A stretch of DNA of 64,000 nucleotides, from assembly GCA_027051165.1 (NCBI GenBank), contig JALTZZ010000029.1, positions 9,001-73,000 on the forward strand, given 5' to 3'. This stretch comes from an archaeon. Its GTDB lineage: Archaea > Hydrothermarchaeota > Hydrothermarchaeia > JALTZZ01. Positions 45,371 to 53,664 of this stretch are shown one piece after another; the stretch's first letter is position 1; each line of letters opens with the position of its first letter. The notes under the pieces are model-generated. The model worked only from the letters and a program-made list of their open reading frames with translations, had not been told where the DNA came from and did no database searches. The translations under genes were made by a program, and so were the position numbers.

Positions 45371-46651
45371 ATGGAAATGCTATTGAAGAACTTAGAGCTT
45401 AATGAGAATAAGAACGTTTTCGTAGAGGGATATGCATCTGCAAACGTGAAAGATCTGGACGGGGACATCATAACAGAGGAAGCACTGCAGCAGGCGGCTA
45501 AGGAACTCACACAGGAGCCGTATAACAAGGTCTTCATAAACCACGATATCAGGGATATCCCGATAGGCAAGATTGTTGCTGCAGAAGTTAGGGACGGCAA
45601 GCTATGGGTTAGGCTGATGCTAAACAAAGCACACCCACAGTTTGAAACCATTTATAACAGCCTAAAAGACGGTTTTTTGGATGCTTTTTCTATTGGATTC
45701 AGAGTTCTTGAACGCAGAGGAAACAAGATAACCCGTTTAAAAATTTTAGAGGTGTCTATAGTGGGAGTTCCCGCAAATCCAGAAGCGGTTGTTGAAAACG
45801 TGTATGAGAAGGGAGCAAAGCTCATTGAAGAAATGGAAACTAAGGGCGTAGTTCCTGGACACCCGTTCAAGTATGGCAAGGATGAGCAGTCAGCATGGAA
45901 GAAGCCAACGTTAAGAGATTTCACAAACAAAAGCTGGGATGAATTAAGTGACGAGGAAAAACGCAGAATAGCAGGACATTTTGCTTGGAGCCCAAAGATG
46001 CCGCCAGAACGTTTCAGCGATCTCAAGCTCCCGCATCACGATCCCAAGACTCATAACGTAGTTTGGAGAGGAGTAGTAGCAGCGATGGCAGCATTGTTCG
46101 GTGCTCGTGGAGGCGTTGACATTCCAAGCGAGGATCGCAAAAAAGTATACAATCACTTGGCAAAGCACTACAGAGAATTCGACAGAGAGCCACCAGAGTT
46201 CAAAACACTTGAAGAGTTTGCAAGAGAATTCCTTGAGCCTGATTTTGAAGATTTAAAAAGTCCAGAGCCTCAGGAAGAAGCAGGTGATAGCATGACTGAA
46301 GAGCTTGAACGTCTGAAAAAAGAAAATGAAGAGCTTAGAAGAAAAGTGGCAGAATACGAGCAAAGAGAAAAAGAGAGATTAATAGATAAAGTGATTTTCG
46401 CAGAAACAAAGCTATACGGCAAAATAGACAAAGAAAAGAGAACTGAAGAGCTTAAAAACAAGACTGTCGTTGAGCTTAAGGATCTGTATCTCGATGTTCT
46501 TGAAAAACTTGCAGAAAAGCAGGAAAAACAGGTTACAGGCAAGGTCGAGGTTCCTCTCGAAGATTCAGAATACATTGAAACAAAATGGGGTAAAGCAGAC
46601 AAGAAAACCCTCGAAGAGCTTAGAAAAATGGTCGGTCTAACAGGTGATTAA
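45371..46651 (+). CDS. HK97-family prohead protease fused to a C-terminal coiled-coil scaffold-like domain
   Basis: N-terminal FVEGYASANVKDLDGDIITEEALQ...IGKIV...LWVRLML resembles the Peptidase_U35/S78 pattern. The C-terminal 150 aa are a charged coiled coil (ELERLKKENEELRRK). Confidence 0.6.
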   Translation: MEMLLKNLELNENKNVFVEGYASANVKDLDGDIITEEALQQAAKELTQEPYNKVFINHDIRDIPIGKIVAAEVRDGKLWVRLMLNKAHPQFETIYNSLKDGFLDAFSIGFRVLERRGNKITRLKILEVSIVGVPANPEAVVENVYEKGAKLIEEMETKGVVPGHPFKYGKDEQSAWKKPTLRDFTNKSWDELSDEEKRRIAGHFAWSPKMPPERFSDLKLPHHDPKTHNVVWRGVVAAMAALFGARGGVDIPSEDRKKVYNHLAKHYREFDREPPEFKTLEEFAREFLEPDFEDLKSPEPQEEAGDSMTEELERLKKENEELRRKVAEYEQREKERLIDKVIFAETKLYGKIDKEKRTEELKNKTVVELKDLYLDVLEKLAEKQEKQVTGKVEVPLEDSEYIETKWGKADKKTLEELRKMVGLTGD

Positions 46652-47060
46652 AATGGTTCTTGAATATATAGAAGGTAAGGCTATACCCATGAAAGCTGCC
46701 CAAGCCATAACGGCTGGGCAGGTGGTGGAGCTTACAGGCGACGAGCAGGTTGCACCTACCGCAGGGGCTTCAGCTAAAGTGCTCGGTGTAGCATTAATGG
46801 ATGCTCAGGCTGGCGAGAAAGTAACTGTGATCACCGAAGGTGTCGTAGAGGTAACAGCTGCAGGTGCTATAGCTGCAGGAGATAAAGTCGTTGCAGCTGC
46901 AAACGGACAGGTAGCTAAGTATACGCCATACGACGTTCCTACAACATTTGCAGATACAGACGTGGAAGCTGCGGTTGCAGAGGCACAGAAAGTCATAGGC
47001 ATTGCCTTAACAAGTGCCACGGCAAGCGGAGATAAAATAAAAATAAAGCTTCAGTTGTGA
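46644..47060 (+). CDS. Head decoration-like protein (DUF2190-like)
   Basis: 138 aa, Gly/Ala/Val-rich with GQVVELTGDEQVAP...KVLGVAL; located between the protease and the MCP. Confidence 0.4.
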   Translation: MIKMVLEYIEGKAIPMKAAQAITAGQVVELTGDEQVAPTAGASAKVLGVALMDAQAGEKVTVITEGVVEVTAAGAIAAGDKVVAAANGQVAKYTPYDVPTTFADTDVEAAVAEAQKVIGIALTSATASGDKIKIKLQL

Positions 47061-47071
47061 GGTGGTGAGAA

Positions 47072-47869
47072 ATGCCCGTTATAACCTCTCAGATTTTACC
47101 CGCAGAAGTTTTGCAGGTAATAAGCGAGGTAATAATACAGGAAGCGGAGAACAGGAGGGTGGGCAGAAACATCGCCACAGTCGAGAAGATAGACAGCGGA
47201 GCACAGGTCTACAAATACAGAAAGTTCACAGGATTTAGCAAAGTTGATGTTATACCAGAGGGATCCGAGTTCCCATTAGAGGGTGTGCAGTTCGAAGAGG
47301 CAAGCGTAGAAATACAGAAGATAGGTAAGGCTTTTGCCGTGACAAGAGAGGAGAACCTTGCAAACAAGATAGTAAGCATCGCTCAGCTTGCTAAGGATGC
47401 TGCAAGAGTAGTGGCTCTCAAGGAAGACGAGCTTATAATAAATGCATTGATACAGGATGCCGGTGCTACTGTAACAGCTGCTGCTCCATGGAGCGGAACG
47501 GGAGATCCATACGACGACGTAAGTGCAGCTATGGCCAAGCTTGAGGAGTATGCATATACCCCAAACGCCCTCGTGCTGCATCCAAACGAAGCTGCTGATC
47601 TAAGAAGGATAGATGCCGATGCAAAGTCCACATACAACGATCTCATCAAGGGCTTGGGAATTAAAATATACGTATCGCCAAAAGTTCCAACAGGCACAGG
47701 TATACTGCTTGATGCAAAGCAGGCTGCTGTGCTCGCAGTTGCAGAGGATATAACAGTTGAAGGTCCAACATATGACCAGAAGACCCAGACATACTTGGTC
47801 AACGTCTTCGAGAGGATCGGTGCAGCGGTCTGGAGACCAAACGCAGTGGTCAAGCTCAGCGGAATCTAA
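47072..47869 (+). CDS. Putative major capsid protein
   Basis: Position immediately after the protease and decoration genes; 265 aa; no motif-level confirmation. Confidence 0.45.
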   Translation: MPVITSQILPAEVLQVISEVIIQEAENRRVGRNIATVEKIDSGAQVYKYRKFTGFSKVDVIPEGSEFPLEGVQFEEASVEIQKIGKAFAVTREENLANKIVSIAQLAKDAARVVALKEDELIINALIQDAGATVTAAAPWSGTGDPYDDVSAAMAKLEEYAYTPNALVLHPNEAADLRRIDADAKSTYNDLIKGLGIKIYVSPKVPTGTGILLDAKQAAVLAVAEDITVEGPTYDQKTQTYLVNVFERIGAAVWRPNAVVKLSGI

Positions 47870-47883
47870 CTCTTATTTTTCAG

Positions 47884-48081
47884 GTGGTGGCAATGATCAA
47901 AGTAAAAAACATGAGTAAAAGCAGAATCTGGATAGGAGACAGAGTTATAAAACCAAACGAAGTTGCAGAGATTGCGAAAGAGGAGCTTGAATACAGCGGT
48001 GTCAAAGCTCTCATAAAATCAGGGGAATTGAAAATAATCAAAGAAAAAGAAGAAAAGAAAAAGCAAGAGAAAAAGAAATAA
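47884..48081 (+). CDS. Small lysine-rich protein
   Basis: 65 aa, GTG start, KEKEEKKKQEKKK tail. Confidence 0.3.
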   Translation: MVAMIKVKNMSKSRIWIGDRVIKPNEVAEIAKEELEYSGVKALIKSGELKIIKEKEEKKKQEKKK

Positions 48082-48106
48082 TTTTTATTTTTTAAAGTGA
48101 TGAACA

Positions 48107-48328
48107 ATGAACCCAGAAGAACTTTTGCCAAGGATTGCAAGGATTGACGAAAGAACAAAACTAATTTTGCAGAGGCTCGACAAGATAAATGGAAAAATAG
48201 AGGATCATGAAAAGCGAATCGAAAGCTTAGAGAAAGAACAAGAGAAGCATAAAAGCTATTTCAAAATGATCGGTGCTGTCTTAGGTTCAGCACTAACAGC
48301 GATTGTAGGGGTAATTTTCGGTAAGTAG
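48107..48328 (+). CDS. Small protein with C-terminal TM helix
   Basis: 73 aa; coiled-coil N-terminus plus MIGAVLGSALTAIVGVIFG. Confidence 0.3.
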   Translation: MNPEELLPRIARIDERTKLILQRLDKINGKIEDHEKRIESLEKEQEKHKSYFKMIGAVLGSALTAIVGVIFGK

Positions 48329-48330
48329 CC

Positions 48331-48714
48331 ATGATCACGGTTAGCGACGTTAGAAATGCACTTGGCAAAGCATATGAAACGTATCCAAGCGATACAGTTA
48401 TACAAAACTATATTGATCAGCGAACAAAAGAGCTCAAGGAACTCATAGGGCTTGAGGATCTCGCACAGGCTCCTTATCAGCAGCTACTTAAAAAGTGGCT
48501 GCTGAACAAGGTTTGCATAGACGTTCTACGCTATGATCTTTTGGGAACGGATTCGGCAGACGCTTTGGAATATACAATCGGGGATCTCAGAGAAAGCAAG
48601 AGCGAAAATATAAAACTAAAGTTACAATGGATCGAAATCTTGGAAGAGACCGCTAACAAGGCCATTGAAGAATACTTCGCAAGAACGATCAACTACGAGG
48701 CAGTATCACCTTAA
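48331..48714 (+). CDS. Putative head-tail connector (gp6-like)
   Basis: 127 aa; MITVSDVRNALG...D..IQNYIDQRTKELKELIG resembles the N-termini of gp6-type connector proteins. Confidence 0.35.
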   Translation: MITVSDVRNALGKAYETYPSDTVIQNYIDQRTKELKELIGLEDLAQAPYQQLLKKWLLNKVCIDVLRYDLLGTDSADALEYTIGDLRESKSENIKLKLQWIEILEETANKAIEEYFARTINYEAVSP

Positions 48715-48925
48715 CTTTGTAAGTTTTATAAACTTTTCAAAACCAAAATAAAAACAATGAAAGAATACAGAAGCTTAAAAGTTTTAAAGATGTTGAAAAA
48801 TCTCGTTGAAGAAAAGTTAAGTGATTATGTTACAGTTGAACAACAGGGTCTCATTCTTGTTATCAAGCCAATTAACATTGATGAACTTAAGGATAAAATA
48901 GCAAAACAGCTTGAGGAGGAACTAA

Positions 48926-49426
48926 ATGCCTTCACAAGAGGAAGTTCACAGAGCAATTAACGAACTTGGCGGTTTTGCAGATTTTAATGATTTAAAAGAG
49001 TATTTTGGCATGGAACATCTGAAGGGAAATAGTTGTCTGCCTCAGAGAATCAGAGCTTTAGAGAGAGATGGTAAAATTACGAGGTTGAGGCTTGGCAACA
49101 AAAGTATTTTCATAAGTCTTGATTTCTCTTGTTCGAGAGAAGAAGCAATTAAAATTTTAAAAGAGTTTGGAATACTGAAGGAACAAAAGAAAGAACAAAG
49201 AAAAAGAGGAAGACCACGAGGAACTTACGTTTACAATGATGAAATGATCTACAAGATTATGGATTTTATTAGAGAAAAGAAAGTTGTAACAAGATGGCAA
49301 ATAAGAAAACATTTGAAGATTAATGATAAAACCGTAAATAAATATCTGAATAAACTTCTTTCTGATGGTGCGATTTTTAAGATTAATTCTGGTGGGTGGG
49401 AGCTTTACACGATATTTAATCTCTAA
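48926..49426 (+). CDS. Winged-helix DNA-binding protein (candidate regulator)
   Basis: 166 aa with two HTH-like segments (LKGNSCLPQRIRALERDGKI; VTRWQIRKHLKINDKTVNKYLNKL). Confidence 0.35.
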   Translation: MPSQEEVHRAINELGGFADFNDLKEYFGMEHLKGNSCLPQRIRALERDGKITRLRLGNKSIFISLDFSCSREEAIKILKEFGILKEQKKEQRKRGRPRGTYVYNDEMIYKIMDFIREKKVVTRWQIRKHLKINDKTVNKYLNKLLSDGAIFKINSGGWELYTIFNL

Positions 49427-49441
49427 GACTTGCCTGATTCT

Positions 49442-49486
49442 TTGTCAATATATTTCAAAATTTTAATTTTTGAAATATATTGACAA
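49442..49486. promoter_or_regulatory. Perfect 19-bp-arm palindrome TTGTCAATATATTTCAAAA-N7-TTTTGAAATATATTGACAA
   Basis: Carries the 17-mer TTGAAATATATTGACAA in both orientations, in the convergent intergenic region downstream of ORF 49490-50044. Confidence 0.6.
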
Positions 49487-49489
49487 ACT

Positions 49490-50044
49490 CTAAAGCCTAT
49501 AGAAACTTTCATACAGAATTCTGGAGTAAAGTTTTATCGCATTTAAATAGTTATACTTATTACGAAAATTGAGTTTCTTATAAGCTTCACAGTTTTTTAA
49601 ATCCTGATCGATATCTTTTAGACGATTAGTAATTATACTAAATGCTATATTTCTAACTGAGAAATCTATACCCAACTTCATAAAACGTTCAGAAATTTTA
49701 TTTACCAAGTACTGCAACATTCTCAGGAATGTTTTTAATGTGTTCTGTCGTATTCCCTTAAAATCATCAAAACTCTTTCTGTAAAGTAGTATCAATTTTG
49801 CATAGTAAAGTGTATTTGCTATATCATAGCTTTTTCTTTCGTTTTTCAGTTGTTCATAAGCTATGTGCTGATAATCATAAAGTTCAGTTTTCTCTAAATA
49901 CTCTGCAATTTTATCATCATTTTTTAATGCATAGGGTCTCAAACTTCTTGTTTCAGTGCCATTCCACCCATACTTATATTCATATATGTCTTCCTGTAAA
50001 ACTTCCAACATTTCTCTGAGAATTTTTGTCTGAATACCTCGCAT
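49490..50044 (-). CDS. Hypothetical protein, oppositely oriented inserted (moron-like) gene flanked by repeated 17-mers
   Basis: 184-aa AT-rich ORF antisense to the structural module, with no recognisable motifs. Confidence 0.4.
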   Translation of the reverse strand: MRGIQTKILREMLEVLQEDIYEYKYGWNGTETRSLRPYALKNDDKIAEYLEKTELYDYQHIAYEQLKNERKSYDIANTLYYAKLILLYRKSFDDFKGIRQNTLKTFLRMLQYLVNKISERFMKLGIDFSVRNIAFSIITNRLKDIDQDLKNCEAYKKLNFRNKYNYLNAIKLYSRILYESFYRL

Positions 50045-50057
50045 GGTTGCTCACCTA

Positions 50058-50110
50058 TTGAAATATATTGACAGTTCATCAGGTAAACAATTGTTGAAAT
50101 ATATTGACAA
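50058..50110. promoter_or_regulatory. Two direct copies of TTGAAATATATTGACA(A/G) upstream of the minus-strand ORF 49490-50044 (operator/promoter candidates)
   Basis: Copies at 50058-50074 and 50095-50110, 14 and 51 nt upstream of the minus-strand ATG; they contain an AATATAT TATA-like core. Confidence 0.5.
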
Positions 50111-50169
50111 CATTGCAGCGATAACATTACAATTTCTGGTGCGGTTTCCGCACCGAAAATTCTTTCAGC

Positions 50170-50182
50170 TTTTTAAAGTCTA
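50170..50182 (+). promoter_or_regulatory. Provirus motif TTTTTAAAGTCTA (37 nt upstream of ATG 50212)
   Basis: Member of the recurrent family with non-canonical spacing. Preceded by hairpin GTGCGGTTTCCGCAC (50139-50153). Confidence 0.35.
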
Positions 50183-50211
50183 TTGGCTGGTCTCATTCTC
50201 GGTGATGCAAA

Positions 50212-50433
50212 ATGTTGGAATACTATGCTCTGGGAGCTACGGTCCTATCAGCGGCGTTAATTTGGGCGACGAGGAAGTATGGTAAGCAGATCGAAATGTT
50301 CAGAAAGAAGATCAGAACGGCTAAGGAATTGCTTGAAGAGATAGAGAAAGCAATGAAAGACAACAAAATAACAGAAGAAGAGCTTAGAGATATTGTAAGA
50401 CAAACAAAGAAACTTTTGAGTGATGATAGATGA
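50212..50433 (+). CDS. Small protein with N-terminal TM helix
   Basis: 73 aa; YALGATVLSAALIWAT. Confidence 0.3.
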   Translation: MLEYYALGATVLSAALIWATRKYGKQIEMFRKKIRTAKELLEEIEKAMKDNKITEEELRDIVRQTKKLLSDDR

Positions 50434-50753
50434 GCTTTGCGAAGATCCTTGAAAAACACGGAGTTAATGTAACGCTAAAAAAAGTGATAAGCGTAGAAGA
50501 AGACGAAATATATGGAACTGTTGACGAAACTTATCAAGATACAACTATAAAAGCGATTGTTCAGGATTTGAAAGAAGAAATTAAGCTTGAGAGGCAGGGA
50601 CAAGTTATAACAGCGGAAGCGGTTGCATACGTATCGCCAGACGAGCAGATCAGCGAGCAGGATTACATATTATATAATAACGTATTATATGCTATCGCAA
50701 GGATCAGTTACACGGGAGCTTACAAAAAGCTGTTTTTGTATAGGGTAGAATGA
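50430..50753 (+). CDS. Hypothetical virion-module protein
   Basis: 107 aa; position between the connector and gp10-like genes. Confidence 0.3.
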   Translation: MSFAKILEKHGVNVTLKKVISVEEDEIYGTVDETYQDTTIKAIVQDLKEEIKLERQGQVITAEAVAYVSPDEQISEQDYILYNNVLYAIARISYTGAYKKLFLYRVE

Positions 50754-51160
50754 TCGAAATAAAAATTCTGAATGCAAATGAAGTTGAAAGAGCGATAGAA
50801 AAGTATGGTGCAGAAGCTTTAACAAAAATAGAACTGACACTGAAACAGGCTGGAGCACTCGTTGAAGGAGTTGCAAAACTCAATATACAGAGAGGTCGTC
50901 CAGAGTGGCCGCCATTAAAACCGGAAACCATCAAGCGAAAGAAGAGCATTAAGCCATTAATAGACACTGGAACCCTGCTCAACAGCATCACACATAAAAT
51001 TGAAGGGAATGCTTGCCTTGTCGGGCCGTTTGGTGTTAAGTATGCAGTTTATCAAGAGTTTGGAACTTCACGTATCCCAGCAAGACCATTCTTAAGACCA
51101 GCGTTGCTTGAAAACGAAGAAAAAATAAAAGCATTATTTAAGCAAGCTCTCAAACTCTAA
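50750..51160 (+). CDS. HK97 gp10-family tail-completion/head-tail joining protein
   Basis: LIDTGTLLNSITHKIEGNACLVGPFGVKYAVYQEFGTSRIPARPFLRPAL is the conserved gp10-family C-terminal motif. Confidence 0.65.
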   Translation: MIEIKILNANEVERAIEKYGAEALTKIELTLKQAGALVEGVAKLNIQRGRPEWPPLKPETIKRKKSIKPLIDTGTLLNSITHKIEGNACLVGPFGVKYAVYQEFGTSRIPARPFLRPALLENEEKIKALFKQALKL

Positions 51161-51173
51161 TTTTTTGTTGAGC

Positions 51174-51186
51174 TTTTTAAAGTCTA
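51174..51186 (+). promoter_or_regulatory. Provirus motif TTTTTAAAGTCTA upstream of 51215/51239
   Basis: Member of the recurrent family. A small hairpin GGCCCT-AAGTG-AGGGCC (51207-51223) follows. Confidence 0.35.
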
Positions 51187-51238
51187 ATGCTTCGCTTTTT
51201 TCTCAAGGCCCTAAGTGAGGGCCGAGGAGAGATTTATC

Positions 51239-51688
51239 ATGATAAGAGAAGTGCTTGAAAGCTTGGTAAGGCTACTTAGGGATAACATAGCTGATCCTGA
51301 TCAAGACAGAGCAAATGCTGGCAAAAACTTTATTTTTCCCGGTTGGGTTAGAGAAGATGCCAAAATGCCTCGTATTAGCATAATTTCTGTCGGCACAACT
51401 GAGCAAGAAAGAACGCTTGAAGGTTATTCGCTTTTTGCAATGCAGTATCAAATAGACGTCTGGGTAGATACAAAACGTAGCTTTACGATTAACAATGAAA
51501 AATACAGCGGTGCAAAGCTTCGTGACTATTTAGCTGATCAGGTAATTAAGGTTTTGAGAAAAAATCGCAATTTTATGGAGAACGTAGTTGATGTGGAAAT
51601 TAGAAACGTTCAGGATTTTGAGGAGCGGGAATTTAATCTTTTACGCAAATCTATCACGATCACGGTAAAATATCTGGAGGTTAGCTGA
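51239..51688 (+). CDS. Hypothetical tail-module protein
   Basis: ~150 aa (ORF opens at GTG 51215; ATG 51239 is the likely start), between the gp10-like and major tail genes. Confidence 0.3.
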   Translation: MIREVLESLVRLLRDNIADPDQDRANAGKNFIFPGWVREDAKMPRISIISVGTTEQERTLEGYSLFAMQYQIDVWVDTKRSFTINNEKYSGAKLRDYLADQVIKVLRKNRNFMENVVDVEIRNVQDFEEREFNLLRKSITITVKYLEVS

Positions 51689-51690
51689 AA

Positions 51691-52161
51691 ATGGCTGAAA
51701 TAGCTTATGAAAAGATGTTGAAAGAAGATTTGATTAGATTATGCTACGAAAAAGATGAACAGATAGCAAGTTTACAAGCACAGGTTAACGAGAAGGACGA
51801 GCAGATAGCGAGCCTGCAGGCACAATTGCAGGAATACAGCACTGTGAAGCAGGAACTTGAAAACATGAAAACGCTTGTAAATACACTATTTTCAAAAGAA
51901 GAGATTAAATTTAGGTTAAATGAGAAAATAAGTATTTTAGAAGAGCAAAAACAGAACATCAAGCAGAGGATAAAAGAAATACAGAATACCATAAATTTAA
52001 CAGATTCTGAAAAAACAAAGCTGGTAGCTGGTTATAATAAGCAAATAGCACAGATAGATGACGAAATAACAAAACTCAGGATTATTTTAGATTTATATTA
52101 TTCGGAAGGGGTGAAACTGCATGACTGCACTTATAGGAAATCAGGTTTTGGAGTATGTTGA
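51691..52161 (+). CDS. Coiled-coil protein with duplicated EKDEQIASLQAQ unit
   Basis: 156 aa; tandem 39-nt duplication at ~51750-51830. Confidence 0.3.
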   Translation: MAEIAYEKMLKEDLIRLCYEKDEQIASLQAQVNEKDEQIASLQAQLQEYSTVKQELENMKTLVNTLFSKEEIKFRLNEKISILEEQKQNIKQRIKEIQNTINLTDSEKTKLVAGYNKQIAQIDDEITKLRIILDLYYSEGVKLHDCTYRKSGFGVC

Positions 52162-53017
52162 GGAAGCGAGCGAAGGACAGACGCCAGCAGATCCAGCGAT
52201 GCAGTGGATAGGCATACTTAACAATGTAAGCTTGAAGCTGCCGCAGAAATACACAACATCCCGCTATCTTGCCGACAATGCAAGCACAAACAAGCTCGGA
52301 GCTTTAATAAACGTAAAGCACAGCGAAGAGATAGAACTTAGTTTCACGGTGGAGCTACAGAGTCTCGATTTTTGGGCGAAATATTGTTTGGGAAGTGCAA
52401 CAGGAACGGCAGACAACCTACCAAGCCTATCGTTTGGCATAATCGTTGACGTGGCAGGAACTAAGCATTACGCACTTGTGAAGGGTGCAAAGTGCAAAGA
52501 GGCTAAAATTTCGATAGAAGAAGATGGCACACTGAAACTTGAAGCTACATTTAGGGCTATGGACTTTACAGGCTTCAGCACAACGGACTACATAGGTTTA
52601 GGTTCACATGCAACGGCTAATACAGCACCGCCGTTGAAGTGGAAAGATATTAGCGGTGTGCAATGGGGAGCAGCCCCTATGGATAATTACGGTTGCTACG
52701 TCAAGGGTATAAGCATAAACGTGAGCTACGATCTTAAGGAAGTTAAGGACGTCGGAGCTACCACGAGCACAGGCATAGTAACTATAGTTCCCGTTAAGAG
52801 GGAAATCAAGGTTGGATTAGTAGCAGATTTCCTAAACGTGGACATGGTAAGCAATGTAAGGAATGGAAGCAAAGCGGATCTCGCTATTACAGTTGGAGCA
52901 CAGACTATAACAGTCAAAGACGTTATCTTCCCAGAGGTTGATTTTGAATTGAAACCAGATGATCTCATAGAATACGAGTTTGAATCTCTTGAATGCACAG
53001 GAATAGCAATCGCATAA
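52121..53017 (+). CDS. Putative major tail protein
   Basis: 298 aa; position upstream of the chaperone/frameshift gene; beta-rich composition. Confidence 0.4.
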   Translation: MTALIGNQVLEYVEEASEGQTPADPAMQWIGILNNVSLKLPQKYTTSRYLADNASTNKLGALINVKHSEEIELSFTVELQSLDFWAKYCLGSATGTADNLPSLSFGIIVDVAGTKHYALVKGAKCKEAKISIEEDGTLKLEATFRAMDFTGFSTTDYIGLGSHATANTAPPLKWKDISGVQWGAAPMDNYGCYVKGISINVSYDLKEVKDVGATTSTGIVTIVPVKREIKVGLVADFLNVDMVSNVRNGSKADLAITVGAQTITVKDVIFPEVDFELKPDDLIEYEFESLECTGIAIA

Positions 53018-53029
53018 CGGTGATTCGGT

Positions 53030-53494
53030 ATGAAAATAAAGTATCGCAAGGATCCGCTTCATAAAGATGTCAAAAAAGTAAGAAAACTACAGAAGCAGAT
53101 ATTTTTCAAAGTTTTAAACCTAAGCGAAATCAGCAAAGAAGACAAGAATAAGAGCGTAGAGGAGTTTATCGCTGAGAAGTTAGCCAAAAATCCTGAGAAA
53201 TTAGCAGAGTTACAGGATGAGCTTGAGGAGTTCAACTACATTGCAACGATAATTCTTGCTACAGGGCTTGAACCTGAAGAGATTGAAAAGCTCAGTGAGG
53301 AGCAGTTCTGGGAGGTTTACGAGAAAAGCAAGGAGGCTTTAGGAGGTAAAACTGCTGAGGATTTTTTAAGTCGCTACACAAACGTTACTTCGTTGATGCA
53401 GGCGAAAACAAGCTTAGAATCGCCGACCTTATCGAGCCAGATGGAAGAGAATTCACCAGATCAGTTAAAAGAGCCCTCAAGGGTAAAGAAGTAA
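53030..53494 (+). CDS. Putative tail assembly chaperone (gpG-like)
   Basis: 154-aa acidic protein downstream of the major tail gene. It overlaps a -1 frame ORF that stays open to 53664. Confidence 0.4.
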   Translation: MKIKYRKDPLHKDVKKVRKLQKQIFFKVLNLSEISKEDKNKSVEEFIAEKLAKNPEKLAELQDELEEFNYIATIILATGLEPEEIEKLSEEQFWEVYEKSKEALGGKTAEDFLSRYTNVTSLMQAKTSLESPTLSSQMEENSPDQLKEPSRVKK

Positions 53495-53664
53495 GGAACG
53501 AGTGGCTGGAAGAGTATGCTTTGTGCAAAGAATTCGGGTGGACCTATGAACAACTGCAAAATACGCCTGAGGAAGTTGTCATTGCGTTTTCAAGGATCAT
53601 GAGCATAAAAGCGAGATATGAAGAATTAGAGATGAAAAAACTTGAGAAGGAGGTTAAAAAATGA
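53359..53664 (+). CDS. -1 frame extension ORF (gpT-like part of a putative G-T frameshift fusion)
   Basis: 101 codons open in the -1 frame with no internal ATG start. The translation GFFKSLHKRYFVDAGENKLRIADLIEPDGREF...EVKK* is protein-like. Slippery heptamer T_TTT_TTA at 53362-53368 in the 0 frame. The stop overlaps the ATG of the next gene (ATGA). Confidence 0.4.
   Translation, partial: GFFKSLHKRYFVDAGENKLRIADLIEPDGREFTRSVKRALKGKEVRNEWLEEYALCKEFGWTYEQLQNTPEEVVIAFSRIMSIKARYEELEMKKLEKEVKK

Noticed and set aside
45202-45651. 149-aa minus-strand ORF
   Set aside because: Ser-rich antisense translation overlapping the prohead protease gene.
47276-47853. Minus-strand ORFs inside the major capsid gene
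   Set aside because: Antisense Ala/Ser-rich artefacts of a GC-richer coding segment.
49442-50110. Possible CRISPR-like array (repeated 17-mer)
   Set aside because: There are only four copies, in mixed orientation, with irregular spacing, and they bracket a gene. They behave as operator or terminator elements, not CRISPR repeats.
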